Below, in pieces: positions 39,485 through 52,277 of a stretch of 64,000 nucleotides of DNA. Within the stretch, counting starts at the first letter, position 1; each line of letters starts with the position of its first letter. The position numbers and the translations under genes are program-made. Source of the DNA: Takakia lepidozioides (taxonomy: Eukaryota > Plantae > Bryophyta); the NCBI GenBank assembly GCA_030704615.1, contig CM060732.1:75516001-75580000 (forward strand), given 5' to 3'. A model generated the notes under the pieces. The model ran no database searches. It saw only the letters and a program-made list of their open reading frames with translations, and was not told the origin of the DNA.

Positions 39485-39760
39485 CAGGAGTGGCGAAATT
39501 TCGCACTTTTTCGACCTCAAGAAAAAGATCGAATATTCTGTCGTAAATCCCTATTTTCTCATGGATGAAATCGCCAAACTTCTCCAAAAAAAATATAAAT
39601 CTAGGATGAATTCGCCTAATATGGATGATATACATATATGAAAGTACAGAGGAGGATGATTCTGTCCAAATTTCAGAGGATGAAAAGAAAATATGGCTAT
39701 TTCCTGCAAAACTCAGTAGCCACTCCTGTTATTTTCCAAATTTGAAAAACAAATACAGCT
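39485..39760. mobile_element. MITE of the same family as 33098-33375
   Basis: Shared GGATGAAATCGCCAAA...GATGAATTCGCC.AATATGGATGATATA core; CAGGAGTGGC/GCCACTCCTG inverted repeat; no TSD found. Confidence 0.7.
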
Positions 39761-40195
39761 TACAAGGGGCAATTAATTTGAAAAACAAAATTGAAAAACA
39801 ATAAATAATAATAAAACAACCCGCTAATAGATATGTCAGATTCCGCTGCGTCCTGTACCATCATGCGGCTCGCAGGGGCCGACCGTAGATCTGCAGATAT
39901 CTGGCGATTTTGAATCATTATTTAAGATGATTTCCTGAAATTTCATTGGCCCCATAGTCGAGGGATAGGCCAGAAAGCAATGGGAAGTAAGATAAGGATC
40001 CAACGTGGGCCCAGATATTTTATAACAAACACGCGCAACAGATATTTAATGACGATGACCTCCTCGGCCGTCGATGAACAAATATCTCGCAAAATCTAAC
40101 GGTTTTAGAAATTCTCGAAAATTGAGTACACATCTTTTTAAATGGTGCACAATCCGTCTTGGTTTTTGACAGCTGGTATTTGTTATTAGTTTAAA

Positions 40196-41989
40196 TTATG
40201 TGGAGGCATTGTTATGTTTTCGGGTACAGGGCGCTTCCATTTCCTTTGCCTTACATTTGCATAACGGCGAACCATCAGTTCTGGAATCCAAGATTCCACA
40301 AAGATCTTGTTGTTCTATCCTCACAGACCTTCTACCAAATACATGGGCATCCAGAAGACGATCCAAAAGCTGTGATGCATCCTCTTCCGAGCGGCTAATG
40401 ACACCCGTAACGACAACCCCATTGCTTCCTGGCAAATCATACCCATAAACATACATTTCATAGAGTGGTATTAGCGACCATGCAACTTTCCTTTCTCTTA
40501 TTGCGCTCGGTTCCGATTGTTCTTTGAGATATGACTAAACGATCTGCTCTGCAATTGAAGTCCGGCGAACTGAGTGACAAAATCTCAAAAGTTCTATAAT
40601 TCCCAGGGGTGTTTTTGTCATCCATAACTGAACACCTCGTTCTCAAACGTGAACTGGTCAAACTAAAAATCTGGTAATGCTGTGCTGATATACAAACAGA
40701 GGATTTCCCGTGAGCATTGTTTAGTGCCTTCCATCTTCTGCTGCACTCACATGTAACTTTCTTCCTTACATTTCCCTCAATAAGAGAGAGACAAATCTTC
40801 CCACAAATTCTACATTGGAGGTGCGATTGATAAACTTGGACAAGAAACATCCCCTACCAGCCCATTTCATGATGAGTGGTCTGCCTCCTCTCTAACCCCG
40901 CCTTGATCCTTCATAAGCTTCATACAATACGTTTACCTCACTAAATCTCGGGGATCGTGCGTTGAACTTTCCAGTAGTTTTTAGAGAAGTGGGGTAGTAT
41001 AGTGATGTTACCTCCTGGCCTTTGTCTGAGATCCGCAAGTTTGGACCGAATTTGTGGTAAGCAGCCCCAGCTGATCGAAGACTACGCTTTCTGGCCAAGG
41101 TTAGAGCACACGACTTTCTGTAGATGGACACCACTTTCCATAACGAGGAGCGTTTGTTCACAAAAGAGTAATAATTTACAATGCCCCGGATTACCGATGA
41201 GAAATGATCGACAATGTGCTTGTCTTCTGCGGCAGCAAACTTTGGATTGGATGTTGCTCGGGCCAAGCCCGCAGTATTCTGTTTGGCATATCCCCGTGCC
41301 ACGGCTTCCATTATTAAGTCCCTGACAGGAGCAAGTAATCGCGGCCGTGTTATCATCAGAGGTGTGGATGGGTTGGACTCAGACACCTCATCAACATCAT
41401 CATCTACCCCCATTTCTTCCTCGTCACATGCTGTGGGGCTCCTCGCTGTTTGGAGCCGATCTCCAGATCTCTGACCAGTAGAAAAATTCACACCTGCTCC
41501 TGTATGACAATTCCTTCCAGGATAAAACCAATGGCTTGGTTCTCTTAAGAAAGCCTCAACTGGTGGTTCCACCGGTACCTTCAAGGTGGGTAGCACAGCT
41601 TTGTCAATCATACAAGTTATGGAAACCTGCCTACTTCCACCCGGAGGAAAGCCGATGCTTAGTTCCGCAATTCTTCTCGATTCAGCATATGTCAATTTCT
41701 GGTAGCCAGACCTAATATTCTGAAATATATAAATGCCCTTCAGCCTACCACCATTGATGTCTGCCATCCAACATCTGCACACTTGGAAGCACTGTCGCCC
41801 TGCACGCACCGTCAACCCCATGCACCACACCCTCAGCTGCAAGCACAAGCTCGGGGCCATGTCACAGAAAAGAACCAATACGCCTTGCCAGCAATAGTAT
41901 ATGTGCAGCTTGCAAGCAACAAAATGAAACACACGCATACACGGAGGTGTTTGCACCATACTTACAACACTCCTGCTGCAAGCCGCCAT
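40196..41989 (-). CDS. Orphan gene containing a group II intron maturase domain X (no RT) followed by a CxxC motif
   Basis: ~41353-40960 encodes RPRLLAPV...IVDHFSSVIRGIVNYYSFVNKRSSLWKVVSIYRKSCALTLARK...AYHKFGPNL, a domain X signature; in-phase GT-AG model joins downstream CRICG and ORF 40196..40456. Confidence 0.7.
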
Positions 41990-43552
41990 CCCTCCCTCCC
42001 TCTCTCTGTGTGGGAAATCTTTCAAGCAGTGCTACGCTAGGTACGATGGCGCCAAATGGAATTCAAACCCTAAACCCCAGGGCACAAGGAGTGAGGTATC
42101 ACTTTTGAAATGTGAACACCGTCTAACTGCCGTAGTCAATGTGGGAGGAGTGGGTTGTTTGAATACCCCTTTCCGAAGGCATCACTAGCAGTGCGAAGCA
42201 ACGCGTAGCGCTAGTTATATGTGTGTTGTGAGTAGCTCAGTGATACCCTGGGTACACCAGCGTGCCTTCAAAAGATACAATGTAGATGCACAGATGAAGA
42301 AGAGTCTCTGGATAAGGGAGCTCGGAGCGATCTAGAAGTTGCACATTGCATGGTAGACCTGGTGACCAATCTAGTTTTGCACTAGCTCAATTTTCAGTAT
42401 CCGCAACCCTCCCCCACCACACCTTCTCTGTTCTACATTGCATTACATAGGGGTCCATACGAAAACAGTGACAAGCCACAAACTGCTGAACAAGATGGAC
42501 AGTTTACAAGCATCAATTGCTGATGTTATTGAATAGAGATGAAGCTGGGTCTTTCATTAAATTTTCATAGAGAATCAGTTCCAAGCAATGTATCTTTGGG
42601 GTTTTACATGTACACACCAGACTGTCTGAAGACAACCTAGCAATCATCGAACTCCACATATACAAGTGAACATACATGTAACTATGCTGAAGCCTTCACT
42701 TGCATACAAGTTTGAACCTCATTTCATGCACAACTGTAAAGTTTGACACTCACACTCGACATACACTCCCCCCTTTACATATCTAGTGTTTTTTGGTCAT
42801 ATTACTGGTAAACAGCATTCGGACCAGTCAACCACTATGACCTTCCAAGTGGTGAGTCAAGTCTGTGCTGTAACCCAGAGCATATGGAGTTCTGGACTGT
42901 TATCCAGGGCAACTTGTTTGCCATTCTGTGACGATGCACCAATTCAGAGGTGACGATGAAAAGGACTAGTTTAGTCCTTTAGGGAGAGTTTGCAGGTGTG
43001 CAGGGGGCAAAATTAGGAGGGCGTCATGAAGTGCTAAAATTATACAGACTTGATTGTCATCAACATGCCACTCTTTCCATAGCTTTACAGTTTGTATGAG
43101 GTCAGTACCAACTTTGTGATGATTCATCTCTAGCGCCAAGGCATGAAACCACCTTTAAAGCCAGTAATCTCCTGCCATCATCCAAAACATTGTGTAGGTG
43201 AGTGGTGGCATCGCTCCTCTCATCATAGCAAAACATGTAGCCCATGCCCCCAGTGTAATGAACAAACTTTGAGAATCCATCATCAGCTTGAAATAATCAT
43301 TCGTCCAATCACCGCACTCGTCACACCCATTAAAGATGTGTCAAGTGCAATGGCACCAGTTCACCAATCCTTGCAGAAGGTTGTGCCTTGGAGCATATCC
43401 ACTCTGAAGGACACTCTTAGCCATCACCTATGAAGGAGCACTATGAAGTGACTACTATGAAGTTACTGTAGACAGAAGGGTGATGAAGAGCAAAAATTCA
43501 TTGTTTGTGGTTGTACAATACAGGAGAGATGAGGATCCATGCACATCTATGA

Positions 43553-46500
43553 TTAGACACGAGTGTGATTCTCGACGTCCCCCCCGTCCATATAATGTGG
43601 TGATCCACTATGTGGTTGATGAGATGGCCAACCAGACTGGCCCGTGGAGTTGGGAGTCCAGGAAGTTTGAGGGACACCAGTCTCAGGAGCACGAACACCT
43701 CCCATATGCAGATATGGATGCGCTGCTGCATGGAGAGCAAACACAGAACCAACATGAGTCACCAACTACACAGCCCACCAAATTACGGCACAGATCAAAT
43801 GGAACTGAAAGGATTTGAACATGAAAATAGTGTATAACTAGGCTATTGATGACAGGAAACTTTCTACCAGCAGGCACAATACAAACCATGCTGATAACCA
43901 AATGAGCCTCTCACTAAAGCTAATGTTTACAGCCCTAAATTCGCTAACCCCTCATTCTGTAGCTACTAAAAGACTCACGGTTATCATCAAAAAGGCTTGG
44001 GAAATGTTGACGGTAACAGAAGTATGCCGCTCCCAATCCTGCATCAAATTTTGCACCACACATGTAGCTTTGTTGAATGAACCAGCAAGGGAGAGAAATA
44101 TTACAACATCCCATCTTTATCTGGTCAATGCATGATTAGGATGCTCTCCCACGTATGATCCTGCAAGTTTTCAGATGAATCCATGCACTCATCCATTCCC
44201 ATATGACATTTGCATTCCACATGACCATATTCTGACATGAGGTGTATAATATTCCTTTCTCTCTCTCTCCATGTATGTAATCAGCCTGAAGACAACATCC
44301 ATTTTTCGAGGTACTCTCACCGGAGAGTGACCCTCTTCAGAAACATCAAGAATATTGGTCCTGCACCTCTGTTCACCAACTTTCTCGAGGCTGAGCCTAA
44401 AGCCCTGGCACTGTTGGGATCCAATTGCTGGGCAGCTCACACGCAGCAGATTGATGCTTGTGTGAAGGGCTCTAGAGGATAACTAGCAAGCCCGAACTAA
44501 TTGTTTATACCAAGGGTAAGTCCCAGTACTGCAGTGAGCTCCTCACAAAGGTAGTGTCTGTTCCCTTCTGTTCAGCCCAAACCTCCATGGCCACAAGGCT
44601 ATGGTAAACAATGTCTTATGAGTACATGCTATGAACCGACTGTCATTGGACATGAGTGTCATGACATTTGAGACTTGCCTCACAGATACCCTTGTTTGCC
44701 AAAACCCTGCAACTAGCACCAACAGGATTGATATCCAACCATGCCCTTAAAGGTATGTCAAGAAAGATCTTGCACAGAAAGATCAACTATGACTCTGTCT
44801 CCCTCCCTCCCCCTGGTTGAGGTCATAAATATTGCTTTATTTCGTCTGCCACAGACAGGTGAGGTTAACTTGCATTGAAGAATCAAACACTCACCTAGAA
44901 GTGCACCTGCCAACACATCGGTCCAGTGGTGCCAGTAGTCGTCCACACGTGTGACAGCGACAACAATAGCCACAGCTAATGGCAGGATCACTAGGACCAA
45001 TTTCCACGAGTGCCCTTTCCTGTCAAAGATACCAAACTTGCCAGCCAGATACATTGACAAGTAGCCCATGCCCGCAAATGACCCTGTGCCAACCAATCAG
45101 TTCACAGCGCCAATAGCATTTTAACTCTTCGGATTGTCACCTTAGCCTTTGGACATAGCAGAACCAATTCAAACTGCTACAAACATGTAAATGCAGCTAC
45201 TGTCAAGTAATGAAAAACAAATGTGAAACTTGGCCACGTACAAGTGCGGTCTTGCAGGCATACAAAGGAATGCACTTGGCGGAGCTCTACACTTTGTACT
45301 GCTCAAGAGGAAAGTTCAAAATGCAAACAACTTCTAAATTGATTCCCAGCCATCCAGATAACCAAGATCTTTATAAAAAAATACCTGCAGATTAGGCTTC
45401 CTGGTCATTTTGCAGAACAACTTTCTAGCGAGAAGAATGTCATGAAAACAACAACACAATAGCATCACATCGGTAGACGATCCAAACATGAGTACTTTGC
45501 ATACTAAACTGCCAGAGGGAGGGCACATCACATACAAGAGGCATGGCCGCTAGGAAAGCTCTTGTATCCTTCCCGGATCACTGATGGAGATCCGGTACAC
45601 ATCACATTGCCGTCGATTGGATTGTAAGACTGGCATTACACATTTCGACAGTCAGTCCATCGAGGAGTTTTCTCGGAGACAGTATATTCCTCAACCTAGG
45701 TTGCTACAAACTTGTCATAAATTATATCACCTCATTGCACAACTTCCTAAGACATGCCACTTTTTGTGTGCCAACATTCTTGAGGAAAAGGGAGACTGGT
45801 ACACTTCAGGAGAAAACATTCAAAGCAACCAACGAGTGAGTGAAATTGTACAGGTGTGGCACTCGGACTCCCAAAACAACGGGCATAAAAGTCAGGCCGC
45901 GGGCGGCCCAGGCCGTCTTTCACACCATCCGTAATTGCTGCAGTGAGTAGAACAGCAGTAAAAAGACCTGAAAGGAGTTATAACACAGACAGTCAATTTG
46001 TCATCTTCATCCAAAGGGCTCTATGAGGTTAGAATGCATTGTAGGCATTGTGGTCCAACTTAAACCCGTTACCAATAAGAGTTTGCTATGTGATTTTCGG
46101 CTCAAATTGGTAGGTAATAAACCCTTATAGAGGCGGGAGGGGAATTGAGGGAAAGATGACTGGGCCCACTACCATCGCTGAAGGCTTGTTCAGTGGTTAG
46201 AACTACAATCATGAATGCAGTTGACTCTAGCTTACTTCTTGGTAGCACATGTCCATTTTATTACTTAGACCCAGCACAAAGCTACAGAAAGATCCAATGG
46301 AAGTATGGCACTCATTGCATTCTGCCTGGGGTCAAAGGGATCCATGGCATTCTTTTTGTTGCCCCACTGAACACTCCCCGCACAACCAATGAAAGCCAAC
46401 CCTCAAAAAGTAAATATATGACTGGGTCTATTGTTTCCAACTACCAAAAATGAAGACAGTTCAACGTCAGCGAGGATATACCAAGGAGAGCATGGTGCAA

Positions 46501-46968
46501 ATCATGCACACGTCTTTTCCAGAAGTAGAATCCTAGAATAAAAACGATAGGTATCACCAATGCAATCACCTGCCCACATTCCATGATGCAATTTGCATGA
46601 GCTTCACTTCATCCACTAGTTGCAGAACATGATAAACAAAAACTTTGTGAGGGAATTAAACATTGAAAGCCATTAACAACAATGGATAGAGACCAGCCAG
46701 CGAAAAAGGTCTAGACGAGGCATACCGGCACTACTTGAAAAGGGACACTGTTTTTCTTCAATGGATATCTCAATTCTCCAGTAACAAACATATATTGCCC
46801 CACATAGCGCTTGAATGGATGGATGACTTGAAAGAGAATTTCAAGGGCAATGAGTATCACGATAAATGCCCAGTCAGTCAAGTGGTACTTGAACAAAGAC
46901 CACAGCTTCAAATTTAATGGATTTGGGTTTGGAGAATCTGCTTGCCCTGTTGGAGTGGGACCCCTCAT
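43553..46968 (-). CDS. LPP: Lipid phosphate phosphatase (PAP2 family), about 7 coding exons
   Basis: Catalytic motifs KDGLGRPRP, SFPSGH, TRVDDYWHHWTDV; N-terminal HPFKRYVG...LRYPLKKNSVP; in-phase GT-AG introns. Confidence 0.93.
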
Positions 46969-49944
46969 CACAATTGACTTCGTCAACCACTCCTTAAAAC
47001 TGCCTGTGTTGCACAACCAGATGCTTGGTAAGATAGACAAGACTTTCACCTTTGTGAGGGCAAGAGAGACCGACTAACAATCAGTTCTCCTCAGAAAGAA
47101 ATATTCAAGCTCTCTAAGTCATTTACATATGAAAATATTCTGGAATAACACAGGCCCTCAACTACTGCCTCACCTACTTTCAACAGTCAAAAAAGGCACC
47201 CCTAAACTTAGAAGCAAGAAAGCCCCCAACAACAACTCATGCAGCACAGAAAACTGGTTCAGGGAGAAATTGCTCTTGAACCTTGGAAACCTTGGGACGC
47301 CCCCACCTTACAATCTCAACTCGAAACCTTCCTCTTACCCAATCCCCTTGAACTATCCCTTATTAAGTACAGTCCCAAACTTTCCGCACAGCAGTGGATA
47401 GTCTTCAAACGAAAGAAAAATAGCAAGAACACCTCCAGGATGCCGAGAAGGGGCCCTGGTTAGATTTCCTATCAACGGAGCTTCCGGAAGAAATTCTTCC
47501 AGTTGAATTTCTCCTCTCTCCAGATTCGCGACTTCAAACTCAAATTGCCTGAACAGCATTAACAAACTTAACTTCAAGTCGTTTCCAACAAACAAACACT
47601 CAAAGCTTCTCAAACTCTTTTGCAATAGAGATCAGAGTGTCTAGGTTGCAACAAATCACGAGTACCTTTCTCTCCCAAGCTCTGTAACCCCAAATGCAAA
47701 TGCCAATTACATCAAATTAGGGGTCTGGTCTTTGGCAAAACCCCAGTAATATGCATGCATCGTGAGGGCAGTAAAATCCCACCCACTCTTCCACCTCTTA
47801 TTCCTGACATCTATTTAAAACATTCAGTCTCACCCCTCCTCGACGAACGGGCAAAATTATACATCACACAACCTCTCCAGAAGCCATCTTGATTACAGTC
47901 CTCTTATTGCTCCACAACGCAAGAATAACCACCCACTAAAATTTATAAAGAATAAACGCGCTCAACTTCTTTCAAGACAGATGTCTATGCAACAACTTCC
48001 TTGAAAATCTTCCGAGAAGCTCGATCAAGACGAAGTTCACAGTACATGAGAACATGGGACAACGGACACCGCGCTGCTTCTATCTCTCACTACACCAACT
48101 AACGACTACCCTCCCTCCCTTCCTCCTGACACAAAACAACAGGAATCCGCCACCAGGTTTTATCCTCCTCTGTGTATGCTTCTCCACTCGGCCTCACTCT
48201 ATACAAGAGCAAGAACGCGTTCCTCCTTCGTCACGACTATCGCTAGAGAGGCTAAACTACAGCGAATGACATCTTCGGAGTCGACAACACTTAAGCTAGC
48301 AGCTGACAGGAAAAAAGAACCAAGAAACACTTTAAGGTCGGACTAAAATGGATGAACCGTACCTGCGGCACCGTCGCCCTCACAGCTCCCAGCCCCAAGA
48401 TGGAAAAGAAACTGGACAAGCTCCAAACTCATAAGCACATACTTAACACTCCCCCAATACGTCACAAAGCCGCAAACCTGCCGAGCCAGATGTCAGAGCC
48501 GGTGTTTACCGCGAGAAAACAAATGCTTCCACCTCATGTACTGTATCCTTCAATGCAAGCCACGAAACTGGGCCCGGAAATTGCAACGCATCCACTCGTG
48601 GCACTCTGAGAGGAAGAGACGAAGCGAGACGGATCATCCCCACCAGCCCTGCACGCTCTCTGCTGGTGCAGGTGCTTTGCCTCCCCGCACGCTTCTGCTT
48701 CCTGCGAGAGACGACCCCTGGATGAACCACGTTCATCCTTCCACAACTGCATAAACGAATATCTCTGTTCGGAGTCAACAGTAATCATCCATATCCGTTA
48801 GGGTATTGATGACTCGCATCCATCTGCCTCGGGGATGGATGTCGCGCATCCATCTCTCCGGTCATCCATCGAGGCGGTTGACGCAGTCAGTCAACGGAAT
48901 CTACCACCGGTCTCGGATACGCCTGCCCCGCATGTCACTTGGATGTCCGACACGCGGCATCAAAATAGGACAGACAATAGAATGAGGCGTACCTTTTCGT
49001 ACGCGACTGCCGTGCTCGCACCGACATCTGGTCTCGCTCTTTTCGGGGAATATCCTTACGGTATTACCTTCTCGGAGGTTCTTCTGTTATTATGTACAGG
49101 GCCTCCTGATTATGCATAAATCATCCTAAAGTATAGTATTATTGTTGAAAGGGCTCTCGAGTGTGCCTTGCTTGTGCATAACCTAGGTGATCTAGGGTTC
49201 AAACTGTCCACCTTCCAACCTTCCAACGGAATTCTGACAAATTTGTAACATTGCCTGCCAGTCTGGCAGGACCGTACGACCTGGAAGGTACGAGGGTACG
49301 ACAGTTTCTGATGGGGAGATAAGGTATCTCCAACAAGAAAGGAAAAATTAGGTCAATTCGGGAGTGCAAAGGACATGGAATGTCTTGGAAGACTCTTCAG
49401 TTGAGTGACCTAGCAGACAGCCCTACTTACCCAAGTAACAGGGTTGGCCTTGTATCGAGGGCCAGGTCTCTTGGGAGCAGTATGCTTCCAGGATATATGA
49501 TCGAATCCCACCGTCTGTAGTTGAATGGAGGCAAAGGAGATGAATTTTGAGTAGGATTCTCGAACAAATTCGACTGGTCATGAATTCTGAATAGAATTAG
49601 AATATAACTACGCTTAGAAGTAGAGGTCTGTCTATGTGGCCTCGCCTCCTTTGGTGGTCGCTTACACATTTGTTGGGACGGTTATTAGTTATCATGGTTT
49701 TGGTTAGGATTAGTTCTTCTTCTTAATTGTTGGGAAGGCGGCATCATTAAAAATCTAGACTAGTGAGACTAGTGGTACCGTAGCTACGACGTCCACCCAA
49801 GCCACTGCCGCACCGGCACCAGTACCCGTGCCTGCCTTCAACCCTATTGTGGAATTCTTCGAAGAGTTGAGAGGGAACTACCAAGGGTTGATGACAGAAG
49901 AGTTGCGGAGTTTACCATGAGTAGACGGGCAAGAATAGATGGGC

Positions 49945-50533
49945 AAAAATACATGTTGCCCGTCTATTCTTTGCTCGTGGTAAGGCTTGAGCCCAAGATA
50001 AGCCTAAGGGAGAGCGTGAGAGGGAGAGAGAGGAAGTCATGAAGCGCTTGTAAAAGCTTGTAAAAGCGGGATTGTCTCTCTTTGTGGATGTTGGAGCCAA
50101 TATATGGCTATGTACATATACCAAACATGATACCAATGTAAGAGTATCAAGGTGCAAGAGTTTGATATATTAAACTTATATAGAACACACATCCCAACTT
50201 CAACATGATACCTTTGTAAGGGTATCGAAATTTTTGATAATTCTCAAAGATATATTTTTTGTTTTCTTTGTCCTGGGCCAGATACTAGTGTTAGGGGACT
50301 ACATGGTGATGTAGGGGAAGCCTTTCATCAATTGTCAGGTTTGATTTTGTCTGTTTTTTTCAGAGCCAGCCATGTTTCTTTTGCCAATGAGTGAATCACA
50401 GGAAGTTGTTGATCTGTCTCCGTCCCTGGCTCTCCCTTTCTCGCTGAGGCTGAGGGTGGCTTCACAACTCCACAATTTCCTCGAGGGCACAAGAAAGAGG
50501 GCCAACAAGAATAGACGGGCAACATGTATTTTT
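49945..50533. repeat. Perfect 27-bp inverted repeat pair, probable TIR element remnant
   Basis: AAAAATACATGTTGCCCGTCTATTCTT at 49945-49971; exact reverse complement at 50507-50533. Confidence 0.75.
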
Positions 50534-50643
50534 AGCTTATACTCTTATATGTGTATAAATATAATTTGAAAATATACATGTACATATATATTATATATTA
50601 TATACAAAAATAAGTTAAAAATTATAGATTACAATTGTAGTCA

Positions 50644-50733
50644 GCAATTCAATTGAATTGCCAACTAGCGATTCAATTGAATTGCAAATTAGGGTTAGTT
50701 CAATTGAATTGCCCTTGCAATTCAATTGAATTG
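50644..50733. repeat. Cluster of four TTCAATTGAATTG palindromic units
   Basis: GCAATTCAATTGAATTGC (18-bp palindrome) at 50644-50661 plus three near copies. Confidence 0.8.
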
Positions 50734-52277
50734 TGCACTTTTAGGGGGTGATCAAATGAATTGCAATGCATTTCACATCAAGGCCTTTTTGGAATTCCCT
50801 AACCGGCACTGGTTTTTGTCCCAATCATGGGATGTGAAATTTGTAGATCATCAGACAGATTAAAACTCTTATCCCTTCCCATTGTTTCCTGAAATAGTCT
50901 ATCTTATGTAATCTTGAACAAGTAGAGAAGAATACTCTATTATAGCATTTAAAGCATCTGGTTCCTGAATAGAAGCTAAGGGGAAGATATCAACATAAAA
51001 ACCGACTTACAAACTGGTACACTGTTCCAGCCATTTGCAGCATGGCAGTTTCCATGTCTCCATGTTTGGTTTGGGGATGCATGAATAATGCGTGAGGAAT
51101 CAACCAGAGCTTTGAAAAAGATGATCAAGAAGTACTTTGGGAGCAGGCATTTCTGACCACATCTTTCTTAAATGGATTGTGTTTAGCATGTTAGATGGTG
51201 TCCCCTTACTGCAGTTTGCGAAGGTACCCTGGTTCCTCCATGGTTCACTATGAGGGCTTGGTGTCAGTCTACTGATAGAACCTTTATCCGCCCAAGATTT
51301 ACCTCCACGTGGGCATAAAAGCACTTTTCTACACGAACACATCCTCCCAGCATTGTAAAGTAGCGGCACAGCTCTATCTTTGCAGGATGGTTGTGAGAGG
51401 GAGAGCAGAAAAGAGGGTAATAATAACTTTGAAAAGAGAATATTAATAACTTTGTGTTCACTGTAGGCCAAGGGAGAAAGGAATAGCTTTACAATGTCAA
51501 CAAGGAGCTCAGGGACTTATCGCATAAGAAAGCATGACAAGCGGGCCTTACCACTGCCCAGACAAGGATATGTAACAAAGAGGGAACTAGAAAAAAAGAA
51601 CAGAGCTTATAACAAAGTCAAAGGAGGAGGAGGAGAGGATTGTAAGCCCACAGGTGCGAGCCCACAGACCTGTCGTCACAAAGTCCAACCATTAAACAAG
51701 GAAAGGAGATTTACCGGCCCGCAATTTAATTACAAAGAGAGAGTACCTGTCCAGGAATGAAAGGGTGCGATGTAAGACATAGTCCTTAGCCATGCGGAGC
51801 CGCATGTATGGGTCAACCGACAGAAACAGGTTCTTGACACCACATCCTTGCAACCCTCCTGGAGCTGCAATGGAATGTTGCTCATGCGGTATTCTAAAGG
51901 ATAATTCACTTGTGATATCCTTCTGATATCCTTGGGATTCCGTGCCAGGGGTTGCACCAGGAAAAAAAAAAACTGCTTTCACTCGTTAATTCACTTGTTA
52001 GAGCCAAATAGAAAACGCCAGAGGACAATGTTACTTTATAACTAGAGACGCGCCATCACCAGGGGAAAGCCTCTGTGGGGGCACTCATGAATGGCTTACT
52101 GCAATAATGACAATTTTAAACAACATTGTGGGGAATCACACTGAATTGTGGTTTTGTTCTATCAAAAAACAGCGCGAGGATGGGAAAGAGAAACACAGAG
52201 AGAAACAGAACACACAAAAATGAAAGCCTCCTCTGCTCCAACACACTTTGTACACGCAAAGACAGTCTGCATGCTTG

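Noticed and set aside
42065-42073. AAACCCTAA telomere-like motif (also 56042-56050)
   Set aside because: Single telo-box-like units, common near plant genes; not an interstitial telomere array.
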